Shown: positions 7,053 to 16,068, counted from the stretch's first letter. The stretch is DNA of 24,000 bases from a virus (IMGVR_UViG_3300017782_000219:1-24000), one strand, 5' to 3'. Notes: generated by a model not told the origin, from the letters alone. Made by a program: numbers and translations.

Positions 7053-8057
7053 ATGTCAGATAGCAACACCCCGCAAGGGATTGGGCTGACCGACGCGCAA
7101 AATGCAATCAGTGCAATGTTTGCACCCCAAGGGGATAATGCAGAAGCGACTGATGCGCTAGAGACCGAAGCTGAAGAGCAATCCGAAGCTGAAGTCGAAA
7201 TGGCTGATGATGAGATCGACAATTCACCTGTCGAAGGATCTGAAGTCGAGCTTGATGACGAGGATGACGCCGACAATTCTGGCGACCAATCCTTCGACAT
7301 ACTGTCCGCGAAAGTGGAGGTAGACGGCGAAGAGATTACGGTCGAAGATTTGAAAAGCGGACATTTAAGGCACCGAGACTATACCCGCAAAACGCAGGAG
7401 CTGGCTGAGATGCGCAAGTCGTATGCAGCGGAAGCCGAAGCGATTGAGCAGGAGCGTGCGCAATATGCTCAACTATTGCCGGCCCTAAGCCAGCAAATTG
7501 AGCAATCGGTACAAGAAGAGCCTGATTGGGATACACTGTATGACACAGACCCCGCGATGGCAGCGAAAGCAGAGCGACAATGGCGAAAGCAACAAGAGCA
7601 AAAGCAAGCTCAATTGCACGCGGTTAGAGCCGAGCAGGCCCGACTGCAGGATCTTCAACAGAAGAAAATGCAGCAAATGGAACAAGAATATTTGGAGCAA
7701 CAGCGCACGGCGCTGCCGGATATTATCCCAGAGTGGCGTGATCAAAAGGTTGCATCCACAGAAGCTGGGCAGATTCGTGACTTTCTTCTTAACGAAGGAT
7801 TTAGCGAACAGGATGTCCAAGGGTTAAAAAACGCAACGTTGGTTAAACTGGCGAGGAAAGCCATGCTTTACGATAGAGGCGAAACGCGTGCTAATGAGGC
7901 TAAAGTGAAGCCGAAGAAAGCGCGTTCCAAAACGTTAAAAGCAGGATCTCGCGGTTCAGTGCCAAAGCCGAAAACTGTGCAGCAAGCGCATATACAAACC
8001 GCGCATCAGACTGGCCGTGTGCGAGACGCAGCGGCTGCAATTAAAACATTGCTGTAA
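7053..8057 (+). CDS. Capsid scaffolding protein
   Basis: Acidic N-terminus, VDGEEITVEDLKSG.LR..DYTRKTQELAE motif, coiled coil, basic C-terminus. AAGGAG RBS before ATG 7053. Confidence 0.88.
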   Translation: MSDSNTPQGIGLTDAQNAISAMFAPQGDNAEATDALETEAEEQSEAEVEMADDEIDNSPVEGSEVELDDEDDADNSGDQSFDILSAKVEVDGEEITVEDLKSGHLRHRDYTRKTQELAEMRKSYAAEAEAIEQERAQYAQLLPALSQQIEQSVQEEPDWDTLYDTDPAMAAKAERQWRKQQEQKQAQLHAVRAEQARLQDLQQKKMQQMEQEYLEQQRTALPDIIPEWRDQKVASTEAGQIRDFLLNEGFSEQDVQGLKNATLVKLARKAMLYDRGETRANEAKVKPKKARSKTLKAGSRGSVPKPKTVQQAHIQTAHQTGRVRDAAAAIKTLL

Positions 8058-8069
8058 TGGAGAAATAAA

Positions 8070-9026
8070 ATGGCAATCGTAGCAAACACCTTTACGTCTT
8101 TTGACGCAAAAGGCATCAGAGAAGAGTTAAGTAATATAATTGCCTCTATCTCGCCCGAAGAGGTGCCTTTCCAAAGTAACGTTGGTTCAGAAAACGTATC
8201 AAACACGTTTTTTGAGTGGCAGACAGATTCACTGGCTGCAACCAGCACAACAGCCGTAATTGACGGTGATGATGTGGCGTCTTTCGACAGCACATCAGCG
8301 ACTACGCGTATCGGAAACTATACGCACATTCGCCGTCGTACATTGATCGTTGCGGACAACTTGGGCTCGCAGGATTTGGCCGGCAGAAACGACGAATTAA
8401 GCTATCAGCTCGCAAAGCGCGGCAAAGAGCTTCGTCGTGATGTAGAAGCGGTCTTGACTGACAATAATGCCCGCGTAGCCGGAAACTCATCTACAGCTCG
8501 CGAGACTGCGGGCTTGGGTGCGTGGATTGCGACCAACACCAACAAAGCTGGTGACGGTACAGATCCGACAGCGGCTGACGGTTCAGACGCTCGTAACGAC
8601 GGAACGCAGCGCGACTTGACCGAAGCGATGGTCAAGGACGTGATGCAGAAGGCGTTTGTGTCTGGCGGCAACCCATCAATCCTGATGGTTGGCCCACACA
8701 ACAAGACTGTTGTGTCAGGCTTTGCCGGTATTGCTGCTCAGCGTTACATGGCGCCAAGCGACAGCCCAACCACAATTATTGGTGCGGCTGACGTGTATAT
8801 GTCAGATTTTGGTACACTTCAGGTTGTGCCAAACCGCTTCCAGCGTGAGCGTGACGCCTTTGTGTTGGACCCAGAATATGCATCAGTATGCTATCTGCGT
8901 CCGATCCAAGCGGTTGATCTCGCCAAAACTGGTGACGCCGAGAAGAAGATGATGATCTGCGAGTTTGGCTTGAAAGTGTCAAACGAAGCGGCTCACGGCG
9001 GCGTGTTCGATCTGAACGTATCGTGA
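8070..9026 (+). CDS. Major capsid protein (DUF5309/SU10-like)
   Basis: GIREELS.II..ISP.E.PF, FEWQTDSLA, R.GNY.HI, LAKTGDAEK. Follows the scaffold gene and precedes a hairpin. Confidence 0.92.
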   Translation: MAIVANTFTSFDAKGIREELSNIIASISPEEVPFQSNVGSENVSNTFFEWQTDSLAATSTTAVIDGDDVASFDSTSATTRIGNYTHIRRRTLIVADNLGSQDLAGRNDELSYQLAKRGKELRRDVEAVLTDNNARVAGNSSTARETAGLGAWIATNTNKAGDGTDPTAADGSDARNDGTQRDLTEAMVKDVMQKAFVSGGNPSILMVGPHNKTVVSGFAGIAAQRYMAPSDSPTTIIGAADVYMSDFGTLQVVPNRFQRERDAFVLDPEYASVCYLRPIQAVDLAKTGDAEKKMMICEFGLKVSNEAAHGGVFDLNVS

Positions 9027-9031
9027 CAATG

Positions 9032-9057
9032 AGGGGGCGGCGCTTAGCCGCCCCTTT
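9032..9057 (+). terminator. GC-rich hairpin after capsid gene (weak terminator or mRNA stabiliser)
   Basis: GGGGCGGC-GCTTA-GCCGCCCC followed by only TTTA. Confidence 0.65.
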
Positions 9058-9072
9058 ACCACAGGAGGGGTT

Positions 9073-9372
9073 ATGAAGAGACTGTTTAGCCAAGACGCAG
9101 CAACCGGCATTACCAAATACTGGCACGTCACCGGCAAGGGCGAATATGTGGTGGAGACTGTTCAAGACAGCCAGCATATCGCAGAAAGCAACAAGCGGGC
9201 TTATAACGAAACTGACGGCAAATTTGGGGATATGGCGCGGGTGGCGTCAATACCAATTTCAGTGTATTATCAGCTCAAGAGCCAAGGCATTGCGGACGAT
9301 CCGAAGCGTTTGAAGAAATGGCTTAACGATAGAGATAACCGCGTCTTCCGGACAAGAGCCGGCACGCTTTAA
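9073..9372 (+). CDS. Conserved hypothetical protein of the head-tail module
   Basis: AGGAGG RBS. VASIP..VY...LKKWLND.DN..FRT pattern is common after the capsid gene in such phages. Confidence 0.8.
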   Translation: MKRLFSQDAATGITKYWHVTGKGEYVVETVQDSQHIAESNKRAYNETDGKFGDMARVASIPISVYYQLKSQGIADDPKRLKKWLNDRDNRVFRTRAGTL

Positions 9373-9381
9373 GGATAGCAG

Positions 9382-10005
9382 ATGGCCATCACAACATATG
9401 CTGAACTAAAAACGAACATCGCAGACTTTTTAAATCGCAGCGATTTAACAAGCGTTATTCCGACGTTCATATCACTGGCGGAGGTGGATCTTGATCGCAA
9501 GATCAGGCACTGGCGTATGGAGAAAAGATCCACGACCACGCTTGATACGCAGTACAGCCAATTCCCGCAGGATTTTTTAGAGCCCATTCGGCTTAGCCTG
9601 ACCACAGGAAACACAAGCCGGCTGGAGCTTTTGAGCCAAGCGCAGATGATGGAGCAGCGTGAGCTGAACAGAAACAACACGGGCACGCCACGCTTTTACG
9701 CTATCACCGATGGGTCAATAGAGGTTTTTCCGACGCCAGATTCCGACACAATCATTCTGGAAATGGTGTATTACGCTCGCACTGAATCCCTGAGCGACAG
9801 CAACGCCACCAATTGGCTGCTAACTTACTACCCCGACGCTCTGCTATATGGCGCGTTGGTTCACAGCGCCCCGTATTTAGCGGACGACCCCAGAACACAG
9901 GTGTGGGGCACATTGCTGCAAAATGCGATAGGTGCTATAAATGCAGAGAGCGATAAAGCGAAATTTGGCGGAACTGGCCATAAAATGAAATTTAGGAGCT
10001 ATTAA
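9382..10005 (+). CDS. Head-tail adaptor / tail tubular protein A-like
   Basis: MAITTYAELK..IADFLNR.DLT..IP.FI.LAE, G.PRFY, NWLL..YPD.LLYGAL. Supported by synteny. Confidence 0.8.
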   Translation: MAITTYAELKTNIADFLNRSDLTSVIPTFISLAEVDLDRKIRHWRMEKRSTTTLDTQYSQFPQDFLEPIRLSLTTGNTSRLELLSQAQMMEQRELNRNNTGTPRFYAITDGSIEVFPTPDSDTIILEMVYYARTESLSDSNATNWLLTYYPDALLYGALVHSAPYLADDPRTQVWGTLLQNAIGAINAESDKAKFGGTGHKMKFRSY

Positions 10006-10006
10006 G

Positions 10007-10378
10007 ATGGCAAGCATTGCAGACCGCGTTTTAGATAACGGCCTTACGATTTTAGATACTGAGGCCACACGCGTTGATATTACGTCACAAGAGGCAACGA
10101 CCTACGCCGAGGCGACATCAACACACACACTTGGCAACCAGACATCCATTTCGATCAGCGCGCCAGCGGATCGTTCCGGCGGTGGGCGCAAGGTCACGAT
10201 GTCAGCGTCATCTGGTGGCACAGTGACCGGCACCGGCACAGCAACTCATTACGCGATAGTTGACACTGGAAACAGCCGCCTGCTTGTCACGGGCTCGCTC
10301 ACGGCGTCTCAGTCGGTAACATCTGGAAACACATTTAGTTTAGAAGCTTTGGACATAGGCATCCCAGATCCATCGTAA
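10007..10378 (+). CDS. Virion structural protein (Ser/Thr-rich beta protein)
   Basis: GTATHYAIVD...L..G.L..S..V.SG.TF pattern. Lies between adaptor and fibre genes. Confidence 0.72.
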   Translation: MASIADRVLDNGLTILDTEATRVDITSQEATTYAEATSTHTLGNQTSISISAPADRSGGGRKVTMSASSGGTVTGTGTATHYAIVDTGNSRLLVTGSLTASQSVTSGNTFSLEALDIGIPDPS

Positions 10379-10396
10379 TAGTGAAGAGGAACTATC

Positions 10397-11782
10397 ATGG
10401 CCTTGGTAATTGCTGACCGCGTCAAAGAAACAACCACGACAACGTCTACCGGCACCTATACGCTCGCCGGCGCCTCAGACGGCTTCCAGTCGTTTGCAGC
10501 CGTTGGGAACGGGAATACAACTTATTATGCTTGTACAGATGGCAGCTTGTACGAGGTTGGCGTCGGAACATTTACTGCGTCTGGAGCTACGCTTTCGCGC
10601 GACACTATTCTGGAAAGCTCCAACAGCGATAACGCAGTAGATTGGCCGTCCGGCTCAAAAGATATTTTTGTGACCGTGCCGGCTGAAAAGTATTTGGTGC
10701 GTGACGCCAGCGGCAATGTGAGCCTGACAGGCAATCTTACCATCAGCGGCACCGTTGACGGACGCGATGTTGCAGCGGATGGAACAAAGCTCGATGGCAT
10801 AGAGGCCGGCGCTACTGGCGATCAAACTAACGCTGAAATCAGGGCGGCGGTTGAAGCGGCTACTGACAGTAATGTGTTTACAGATGCAGACCATAGCAAA
10901 CTTAACGGCATCGAAGCTGGTGCAACTGGCGATCAAACTAATGCTGAAATCAGAGCGGCAGTAGAAGCAGCAACGGACAGCAATGTTTTTACTGACGCTG
11001 ATCACAGTAAGTTAAATGGCATTGAAGCGGGCGCAACTGGCGATCAAACTAACGCTGAGATTAGAGCGGCGGTAGAGGCTGCAAGTGATAGCAATGTTTT
11101 TACGGATGCCGATCATACAAAGCTTTCTGGGATAGAGGCCAGTGCGGATGTTACCGATACTGGGAATGTTGGGTCAGCTTTAACTGCGTTCTCTACTGGC
11201 ACAGACGCCACAGGTTCTGATCTTATTCCCGTTTATGATGTAAGCGCAGGGGCTTGGGAAAAGCAAACCATCACCAACGCTGCGCTCCAAGGCCCGACAG
11301 GCCCTACTGGGCCAACGGGCCCTCAAGGAAACTCAGTAACCGGCCCAACGGGGCCAACGGGGCCAACGGGCCCTCAAGGCAACTCTATAACTGGCCCTAC
11401 TGGGCCAACGGGGCCAACGGGCCCAACGGGGCCTCAAGGCAACTCTGTCACCGGCCCAACCGGCCCAACGGGCCCAACCGGCCCAACGGGGCCGCAGGGA
11501 AGCGCGGGAAGCACGGGGCCAACGGGCCCAACGGGGCCATCGGGAACGCCTTCCACTACTTATAATGCGGTGGGTTCTTATGTTTTTGCTAGATATGATA
11601 CACAGTTACACGCAGCCTCGACTACGTCAGGTTCAAACTTAAATCCATCCAACGCAGGTAGCGTCACGAATTATCCCATACCATCAGGGTCGGCGTTATC
11701 TGGCACTTGGCGGGCTATGGGTTGGAATAAGGGGCCGTGGTCGACAGGCTCAAATTCAACCCTTTATGTTAGAATATCTTAA
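10397..11782 (+). CDS. Tail fibre protein with 37-aa repeats and collagen-like domain
   Basis: [19 protein letters not shown]-terminal anchor, [17 protein letters not shown] shaft motif, (Gly-Pro-Thr)n tract and GTWRAMG tip. Followed by a chaperone gene. Confidence 0.88.
   Translation: MALVIADRVKETTTTTSTGTYTLAGASDGFQSFAAVGNGNTTYYACTDGSLYEVGVGTFTASGATLSRDTILESSNSDNAVDWPSGSKDIFVTVPAEKYLVRDASGNVSLTGNLTISGTVDGRDVAADGTKLDGIEAGATGDQTNAEIRAAVEAATDSNVFTDADHSKLNGIEAGATGDQTNAEIRAAVEAATDSNVFTDADHSKLNGIEAGATGDQTNAEIRAAVEAASDSNVFTDADHTKLSGIEASADVTDTGNVGSALTAFSTGTDATGSDLIPVYDVSAGAWEKQTITNAALQGPTGPTGPTGPQGNSVTGPTGPTGPTGPQGNSITGPTGPTGPTGPTGPQGNSVTGPTGPTGPTGPTGPQGSAGSTGPTGPTGPSGTPSTTYNAVGSYVFARYDTQLHAASTTSGSNLNPSNAGSVTNYPIPSGSALSGTWRAMGWNKGPWSTGSNSTLYVRIS
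10787..11140 (+). repeat. Three 111-bp (37-aa) tandem repeats plus partial fourth
   Basis: GGCGATCAAACTAA recurs at 10817, 10928 and 11039. Unit KL(D/N)[22 protein letters not shown](T/S)[10 protein letters not shown](S/T). Confidence 0.95.
11291..11551 (+). repeat. Collagen-like Gly-Pro-Thr repeats
   Basis: GGNCCNACN 9-mers in four blocks separated by GPQGNS(V/I)T. Confidence 0.95.
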
Positions 11783-11797
11783 CAAAAGGATGCAATT

Positions 11798-12214
11798 ATG
11801 CCAACATTGCCAATAACAGAATTTCGAAATGCGAAATCGCTTAATACATACGATACAATGTTTGATGTGGAAATAAATCATCCACATTTTGGTTGGATAC
11901 CATATACGTTGCTGCCACACGATACAGATATGACGGTAAACAATGATAACCTACTTGCCTTAATTGGCTCCGATTTTTTGCCTTACGTTTCACCTACTCA
12001 AGATGAGTTGGACGCTAAAGAAGCAGAAAACGTAAGATCCTTGAGAGACTATAAGCTATCGGAAGAAGTTGATCCTTTAGTTTTAAATTCTCTGCGCTGG
12101 AGTGATCTTACAGATGAGCAACGTACTGCATGGTCGCAATACAGAACAGACTTGCTAAATGTTCCCCAGCAAGATGGCTTTCCGCACAATGTGACTTGGC
12201 CGACTAGGCCCTAA
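11798..12214 (+). CDS. Tail fibre assembly chaperone
   Basis: EINHPHFGWIPYT and VR..RD..L...W..YR..L..VPQQ.GFP..V.WP..P motifs. Directly after the fibre gene. Confidence 0.85.
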   Translation: MPTLPITEFRNAKSLNTYDTMFDVEINHPHFGWIPYTLLPHDTDMTVNNDNLLALIGSDFLPYVSPTQDELDAKEAENVRSLRDYKLSEEVDPLVLNSLRWSDLTDEQRTAWSQYRTDLLNVPQQDGFPHNVTWPTRP

Positions 12215-12251
12215 ATAAAGATTAATAAGCTAATAGTGAAAGGACACGAAG

Positions 12252-12566
12252 ATGGCTATAAAAGTAAGTGGAACAAGCGTCATTAATGACAGCCGACAAT
12301 TGCAAAACATTGCAAGCATTGACAGCACAACAGCGGCTGCACTGTTGCGAGGTGCAAATGAGATTGGATCTTATGCGCTTGCGTTAAATCAAGATGAACA
12401 TGACCTTGGCGACACATTAGCAGGATCAAGTTTGAGGCCATCTAACGCAGGGAGCCGTGGAAAGATTCCAGCAGAGTATTTGACTGGCACTTGGAGGTGT
12501 ATGGGGTACAATAAAGGTGCCGCTTCCACTGGATCTGACACAACTCTTTGGTTGAGAATATCTTAA
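12252..12566 (+). CDS. Short fibre-like protein paralogous to the tail fibre tip
   Basis: C-terminal about 70 aa align with the fibre C-terminus (GSY, PSNAGS, GTWR.MG.NKG..STGS..TL..RIS). Confidence 0.8.
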   Translation: MAIKVSGTSVINDSRQLQNIASIDSTTAAALLRGANEIGSYALALNQDEHDLGDTLAGSSLRPSNAGSRGKIPAEYLTGTWRCMGYNKGAASTGSDTTLWLRIS

Positions 12567-12599
12567 TATGTCACTTACTGCTTTAGAAGGGGTGAGCAT

Positions 12600-13142
12600 A
12601 TGAGGCAAAATTGGCAAATGTGGTCTGGCGGTTTATCCGATACAGACTTATCAATGATCTTTGCGGAGGCTTCAAGGATCAACACACATACGGCTAAAAC
12701 TTTTAACAACGCGGATGCAAAAACCAGATCAAGTGAAATTAAGTGGTTGACTGGCAATCAATCTATTCAAAATATTCTTTGGGGGTATGTAAAGGCGGCA
12801 AACGAGAACGCATTTCACTGCCAAATAGAAAATATTTGTGATATTCAGTTTACAGAATACCACGCCAATAAAGGTGGTCATTATGATTGGCACATAGACG
12901 TGAACTGGAATGGCGTCTCTGGAAGAGACAGAAAACTAAGCGTTACTGTCCAGCTTTCAGACACAAGCGAATATGAAGGCGGCGACTTTGAGTTTGGAGA
13001 ATGTCTAACGCCAGACGCCTCATCCCGTGTCAAGGGAACTGTATTGGTTTTCCCAAGCTATTTGCAGCATAGAGTTTTGCCTATCACAAGCGGCACGAGA
13101 CGTTCTTTAGTGGCATGGTTTGAGGGGCCAAGGTGGATTTAA
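12600..13142 (+). CDS. 2OG-Fe(II) oxygenase (prolyl-4-hydroxylase/PKHD-like)
   Basis: WHID (HxD), RKLSVTVQLS, YEGG.F, FPSY..HRV.P.TSG.R.SLVAW. Confidence 0.92.
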   Translation: MRQNWQMWSGGLSDTDLSMIFAEASRINTHTAKTFNNADAKTRSSEIKWLTGNQSIQNILWGYVKAANENAFHCQIENICDIQFTEYHANKGGHYDWHIDVNWNGVSGRDRKLSVTVQLSDTSEYEGGDFEFGECLTPDASSRVKGTVLVFPSYLQHRVLPITSGTRRSLVAWFEGPRWI

Positions 13143-13826
13143 ATGATTAGCGGAAGCCCAATATCCAGTGCAGCGATTGCTGACGTAGGTACGTTTGAGC
13201 AAACTCTTCCGAACGAAAGCGTTTCTACCGGCGTGCCGACCGTAGACACCACGGCAATATCTCAAGATCATGTCGTAACACTGGTTTATACTGCTAACCC
13301 AGCAAGCGTGCCAAATTTAACTTGCTTTGAGGATGAAAGCTTTTCGGCGCCCAATGTTATTGCGGGGCATGTTCGTGTTGGCGATGGTGTATTTACCCAA
13401 GAACACACACTGGCGGGTGCCGATGTATCGGCACAAACCCCAACGGTCGCTACATCCGCAATAACTCAGGTTCACAGCATTGCGGCAAATGATGTAAGCG
13501 CCGGATCGGTAAGCGTTTCAACTGCGACCGCGATAATTCAGCACGTTTTGGCTGGCAATGATGTTTCCACGCAAAACCCGACAATCGCTACATCAGCGAT
13601 AACTCAGGTTCACAACATTGCAGCGAATGACGCTAACACATCAAACCCAACAGCGGCAAGCTCGGCAGTCACGCAAGACCACCAGATCACGACTGATGGC
13701 GTTTTGTGTGGATCTGTAGATGTCGGGCTTGCGAGGTTTAAGTGGCAGGAGGAGCCCGTAACGTCGACGACTTGGGCTGATCAATCTATATCTGCCAACA
13801 CTTGGACAGAACAGGAGGCGGCGTGA
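13143..13826 (+). CDS. Virion protein with about 23-aa beta repeats
   Basis: Recurring (T/S)Q.H.(L/I)A..DV....PT..T..I units. Near-identical DNA copies at about 13448 and 13586. Confidence 0.75.
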   Translation: MISGSPISSAAIADVGTFEQTLPNESVSTGVPTVDTTAISQDHVVTLVYTANPASVPNLTCFEDESFSAPNVIAGHVRVGDGVFTQEHTLAGADVSAQTPTVATSAITQVHSIAANDVSAGSVSVSTATAIIQHVLAGNDVSTQNPTIATSAITQVHNIAANDANTSNPTAASSAVTQDHQITTDGVLCGSVDVGLARFKWQEEPVTSTTWADQSISANTWTEQEAA

Positions 13827-14059
13827 TGGACGCTGACTTGCTTTGGACGGCGGCATTGACTGCCGGATTGGGCCTGATCGGCTGGGTATTGAAAAGCGCT
13901 GTGGACGAGATGCAGCGCCTCAATATTCTGCTGAACAAGACCCGCGAAGAAATGGCTAAGGATTACGTCACCAAGGCAGACAGCAGCGCCGTCATGGGTC
14001 AGATCGTGGCGCGCTTTGATCGTATCGAAGAGAAAATAGACCGCCTGATGGAGCGATGA
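13826..14059 (+). CDS. Small membrane protein with coiled coil (lysis-region protein)
   Basis: Start moved to ATG 13826 (TGATG overlap, AGGAGG RBS). One N-terminal TM segment, then YVTK.D...RFDRIEEKIDRL. Confidence 0.75.
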   Translation: MDADLLWTAALTAGLGLIGWVLKSAVDEMQRLNILLNKTREEMAKDYVTKADSSAVMGQIVARFDRIEEKIDRLMER

Positions 14060-14232
14060 TCTGCTCGCTCGCCAGCGTAGCCGTTGGCGTGCTTGCATAT
14101 GGGCAGCTTTACACCGCGTGTATATACAGATGCCCATATCCATCCTTCTGGTATCACTACCCATATGTTATAAGGGTGGAGTATAATAGTGGATGCCCGC
14201 GTTATGCCAACGTGGGTAAAGATGCCAAATGA
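14056..14232 (+). CDS. 58-aa Cys/Tyr-rich protein (not in ORF track)
   Basis: ATGA overlaps at both ends. MICSLASVAVGVLAYGQLYTACIYRCPYPSFWYHYPYVIRVEYNSGCPRYANVGKDAK. Confidence 0.65.
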   Translation: MICSLASVAVGVLAYGQLYTACIYRCPYPSFWYHYPYVIRVEYNSGCPRYANVGKDAK

Positions 14233-14711
14233 TAGATCCCATTACAGCCATTGCCGGTGCTACGCAGGCTTATAATCTTGTACGCAAAATGGTTTATGCG
14301 GGTCAGGAATTAGAGAATGTAGCTGGCGCTCTTGGCAAGTGGTATGGCTTTGCGGCTGATCTTGGCCGAGCGGAGCAGCAGCGCAAGAACCCGCCAATAT
14401 TTACCAAGCTGTTTTCATCTGGATCTGTGGAGCAAGAAGCGCTTCAAATCATCATCCACCAGAAAAAGCTGGCTGAGCAAGAAAAAGACTTGCAGCAAAT
14501 GCTGAATAACAGGTTTGGCTATGGCACATGGCGCGAAATGGTGGAGCTACGGCGCAAAATTAAGAAAGAGCGCGAGGAAACATTATACCGGCAGCAAGAA
14601 AGGCGCGCAGCATTCTTTGAAACTGTATTGGTTGTACTTCTATTAGTGATGCTTGCTGCGATTATTGGCGGCGGCACATGGCTGACTGGTTTGGGCGCTG
14701 GGTGGTGGTAG
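14229..14711 (+). CDS. Conserved phage protein with C-terminal TM helix
   Basis: MIDPITAIAGA start, coiled coil, hydrophobic C-terminus. Confidence 0.78.
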   Translation: MIDPITAIAGATQAYNLVRKMVYAGQELENVAGALGKWYGFAADLGRAEQQRKNPPIFTKLFSSGSVEQEALQIIIHQKKLAEQEKDLQQMLNNRFGYGTWREMVELRRKIKKEREETLYRQQERRAAFFETVLVVLLLVMLAAIIGGGTWLTGLGAGWW

Positions 14712-14966
14712 ATGGCTGACGGTTTATCAGGTATAGGGTCGGCACCGTTTAATGTGCAATCGGACATACACCAGCAAACGCAGACGCGTGAGCGTATAGA
14801 AGCGCATCTGGTGGAGCAGAGGATAGCCAAAGAGCATAGGGCCAACCACACGCATCTGGAGGCGCTTAGGGAGCAGAAGTTGGATCTGGGCAAGGGTTAT
14901 GATAAGTTCGGCACTAAGACCAATGCTGACAGGCCGCAAGGCACAAACATCAACATAGAGGTTTGA
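14712..14966 (+). CDS. Hypothetical protein
   Basis: Starts immediately after the upstream stop and fills the gap. Confidence 0.65.
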   Translation: MADGLSGIGSAPFNVQSDIHQQTQTRERIEAHLVEQRIAKEHRANHTHLEALREQKLDLGKGYDKFGTKTNADRPQGTNINIEV

Positions 14967-14968
14967 AT

Positions 14969-15166
14969 ATGACACCAGAGAAACTAGACGCTTGGCGCAT
15001 TGTTCCGCGCCTGCTTATCCTGAGTTACATGGTCGTGTTTTACCAGACGTGTAGCTGGTTCATGGGGCTTGAGATGCCAAACAACGCGCAGGCAGGATTT
15101 GTCAGCGTGATAGTGGGCGCCGGAGCGGCGTGGTTCGGGCTATATGTGAACGGGGGCAAGAAATGA
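14969..15166 (+). CDS. Two-TM membrane protein (holin/antiholin-like)
   Basis: LDAWRIVPRLLILSY...FVSVIVGAGAAWFGLY. GAGG RBS before ATG 14969. Confidence 0.72.
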   Translation: MTPEKLDAWRIVPRLLILSYMVVFYQTCSWFMGLEMPNNAQAGFVSVIVGAGAAWFGLYVNGGKK

Positions 15167-15540
15167 GCATTCTGAGCGCCCTGATCGGGCCTGCAACGGA
15201 TCTCGCCGGCAAGTTCATCCAAGACAAGGATGCCGCTGCCAAGATGGCGCATGAGCTGGCCACGCTTGCCGATAAGCAGGCCCAGCAGGCCATGCTGGCG
15301 CAGATAGAGGTCAACAAAGCCGAGGCAGCCGGAAACTGGTTTGCGGCGAGCTGGCGCCCGCTTTGCGGCTATGTGTGCGTTTTGGGGCTGGCGGTAAACT
15401 TTCTGATCTCGCCAATAGCTGCGGGGTTTGGGTTCATGGTGCCACAGGCCGACATGTCGGTGATGATGCCGGTGTTAACGGGTATGCTCGGATTGGCCGG
15501 CATGAGATCATATGAAAAGGTTAAGCAGGTGACGAAATGA
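15163..15540 (+). CDS. Holin, 3TM (GTA holin-like family)
   Basis: QIEVNK.EA...WRP..G, GMLGL.GMRS.EK motifs. Directly before the endolysin. ATGA-coupled start. Confidence 0.85.
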   Translation: MSILSALIGPATDLAGKFIQDKDAAAKMAHELATLADKQAQQAMLAQIEVNKAEAAGNWFAASWRPLCGYVCVLGLAVNFLISPIAAGFGFMVPQADMSVMMPVLTGMLGLAGMRSYEKVKQVTK

Positions 15541-16010
15541 CGTTTAAATTGAGCAGACGCAGCCTTGATAGGCTTGAAGGGATTGACGATGGCCTGCAGG
15601 CGGTTGTGAAGATGGCTATCACGCTGTCGAGGACCGATTTTGGTGTGGTGCAGGGGATGAGAACCATTGAACAGCAAAAGGAGCTGGTCGCCAAAGGCGC
15701 AAGTCAAACCATGAAATCAAAGCACCTTGAGGGCAAGGCATTCGATATTATGGCCTTCATAAATGGCAGGGCGAGTTGGGAGCTGTCGGTCTATGATGAT
15801 TTGGCGGATGCCATCAAAGAGGCGGCCATACAGCTCAATGTGCCTATATGCTGGGGCGCGGCGTGGGCTACAGCCGAAATGCCATACCCAATGGATATCA
15901 GAAAGTGGGAAGGAACGATGGAAGAGGCTATGAACGCTTACATCGATCTTCGCAGGTCACAATCGCGCAGGCCCTTTATAGATGGCCCGCACTTTGAACT
16001 CATAGATTAG
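15537..16010 (+). CDS. Endolysin, peptidase M15 family (L-Ala-D-Glu peptidase-like)
   Basis: FKLS.RSL.RLEG, G.RT..QQ, S.T..SKH..G.A.D and DGPHFEL zinc-binding motifs. Confidence 0.9.
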   Translation: MTFKLSRRSLDRLEGIDDGLQAVVKMAITLSRTDFGVVQGMRTIEQQKELVAKGASQTMKSKHLEGKAFDIMAFINGRASWELSVYDDLADAIKEAAIQLNVPICWGAAWATAEMPYPMDIRKWEGTMEEAMNAYIDLRRSQSRRPFIDGPHFELID

Positions 16011-16017
16011 CCAAGCG

Positions 16018-16046
16018 TAGACGATTTGGTGCGGACGTAGTATACT
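16018..16046 (+). promoter_or_regulatory. Candidate sigma70-type internal promoter
   Basis: TAGACG-N17-TATACT in the intergenic gap after the endolysin gene. Confidence 0.55.
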
Positions 16047-16068
16047 CAGCGAAAGATGAGGATTTGAC

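Noticed and set aside
9024-9032. Stop-codon readthrough of the capsid gene (TGA-CAA context)
   Set aside because: A second in-frame TGA follows one codon later, so there is no meaningful extension.
4611-9177. Numerous antisense ORFs across portal, scaffold and capsid genes
   Set aside because: These are expected shadows of long coding frames, with no recognisable motifs or RBSs.
10787-11551. CRISPR-like array
   Set aside because: The repeats are in-frame coding repeats with synonymous variation and no unique spacers.
11690-12566. Diversity-generating retroelement VR/TR pair between the two fibre tips
   Set aside because: Differences are not adenine-specific, many are synonymous, and no reverse transcriptase is in the window.
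14056-14232. o-spanin lipoprotein
   Set aside because: LYTAC does not fit the lipobox well (Tyr at -3), there is no basic N-region, and no embedding i-spanin is evident.
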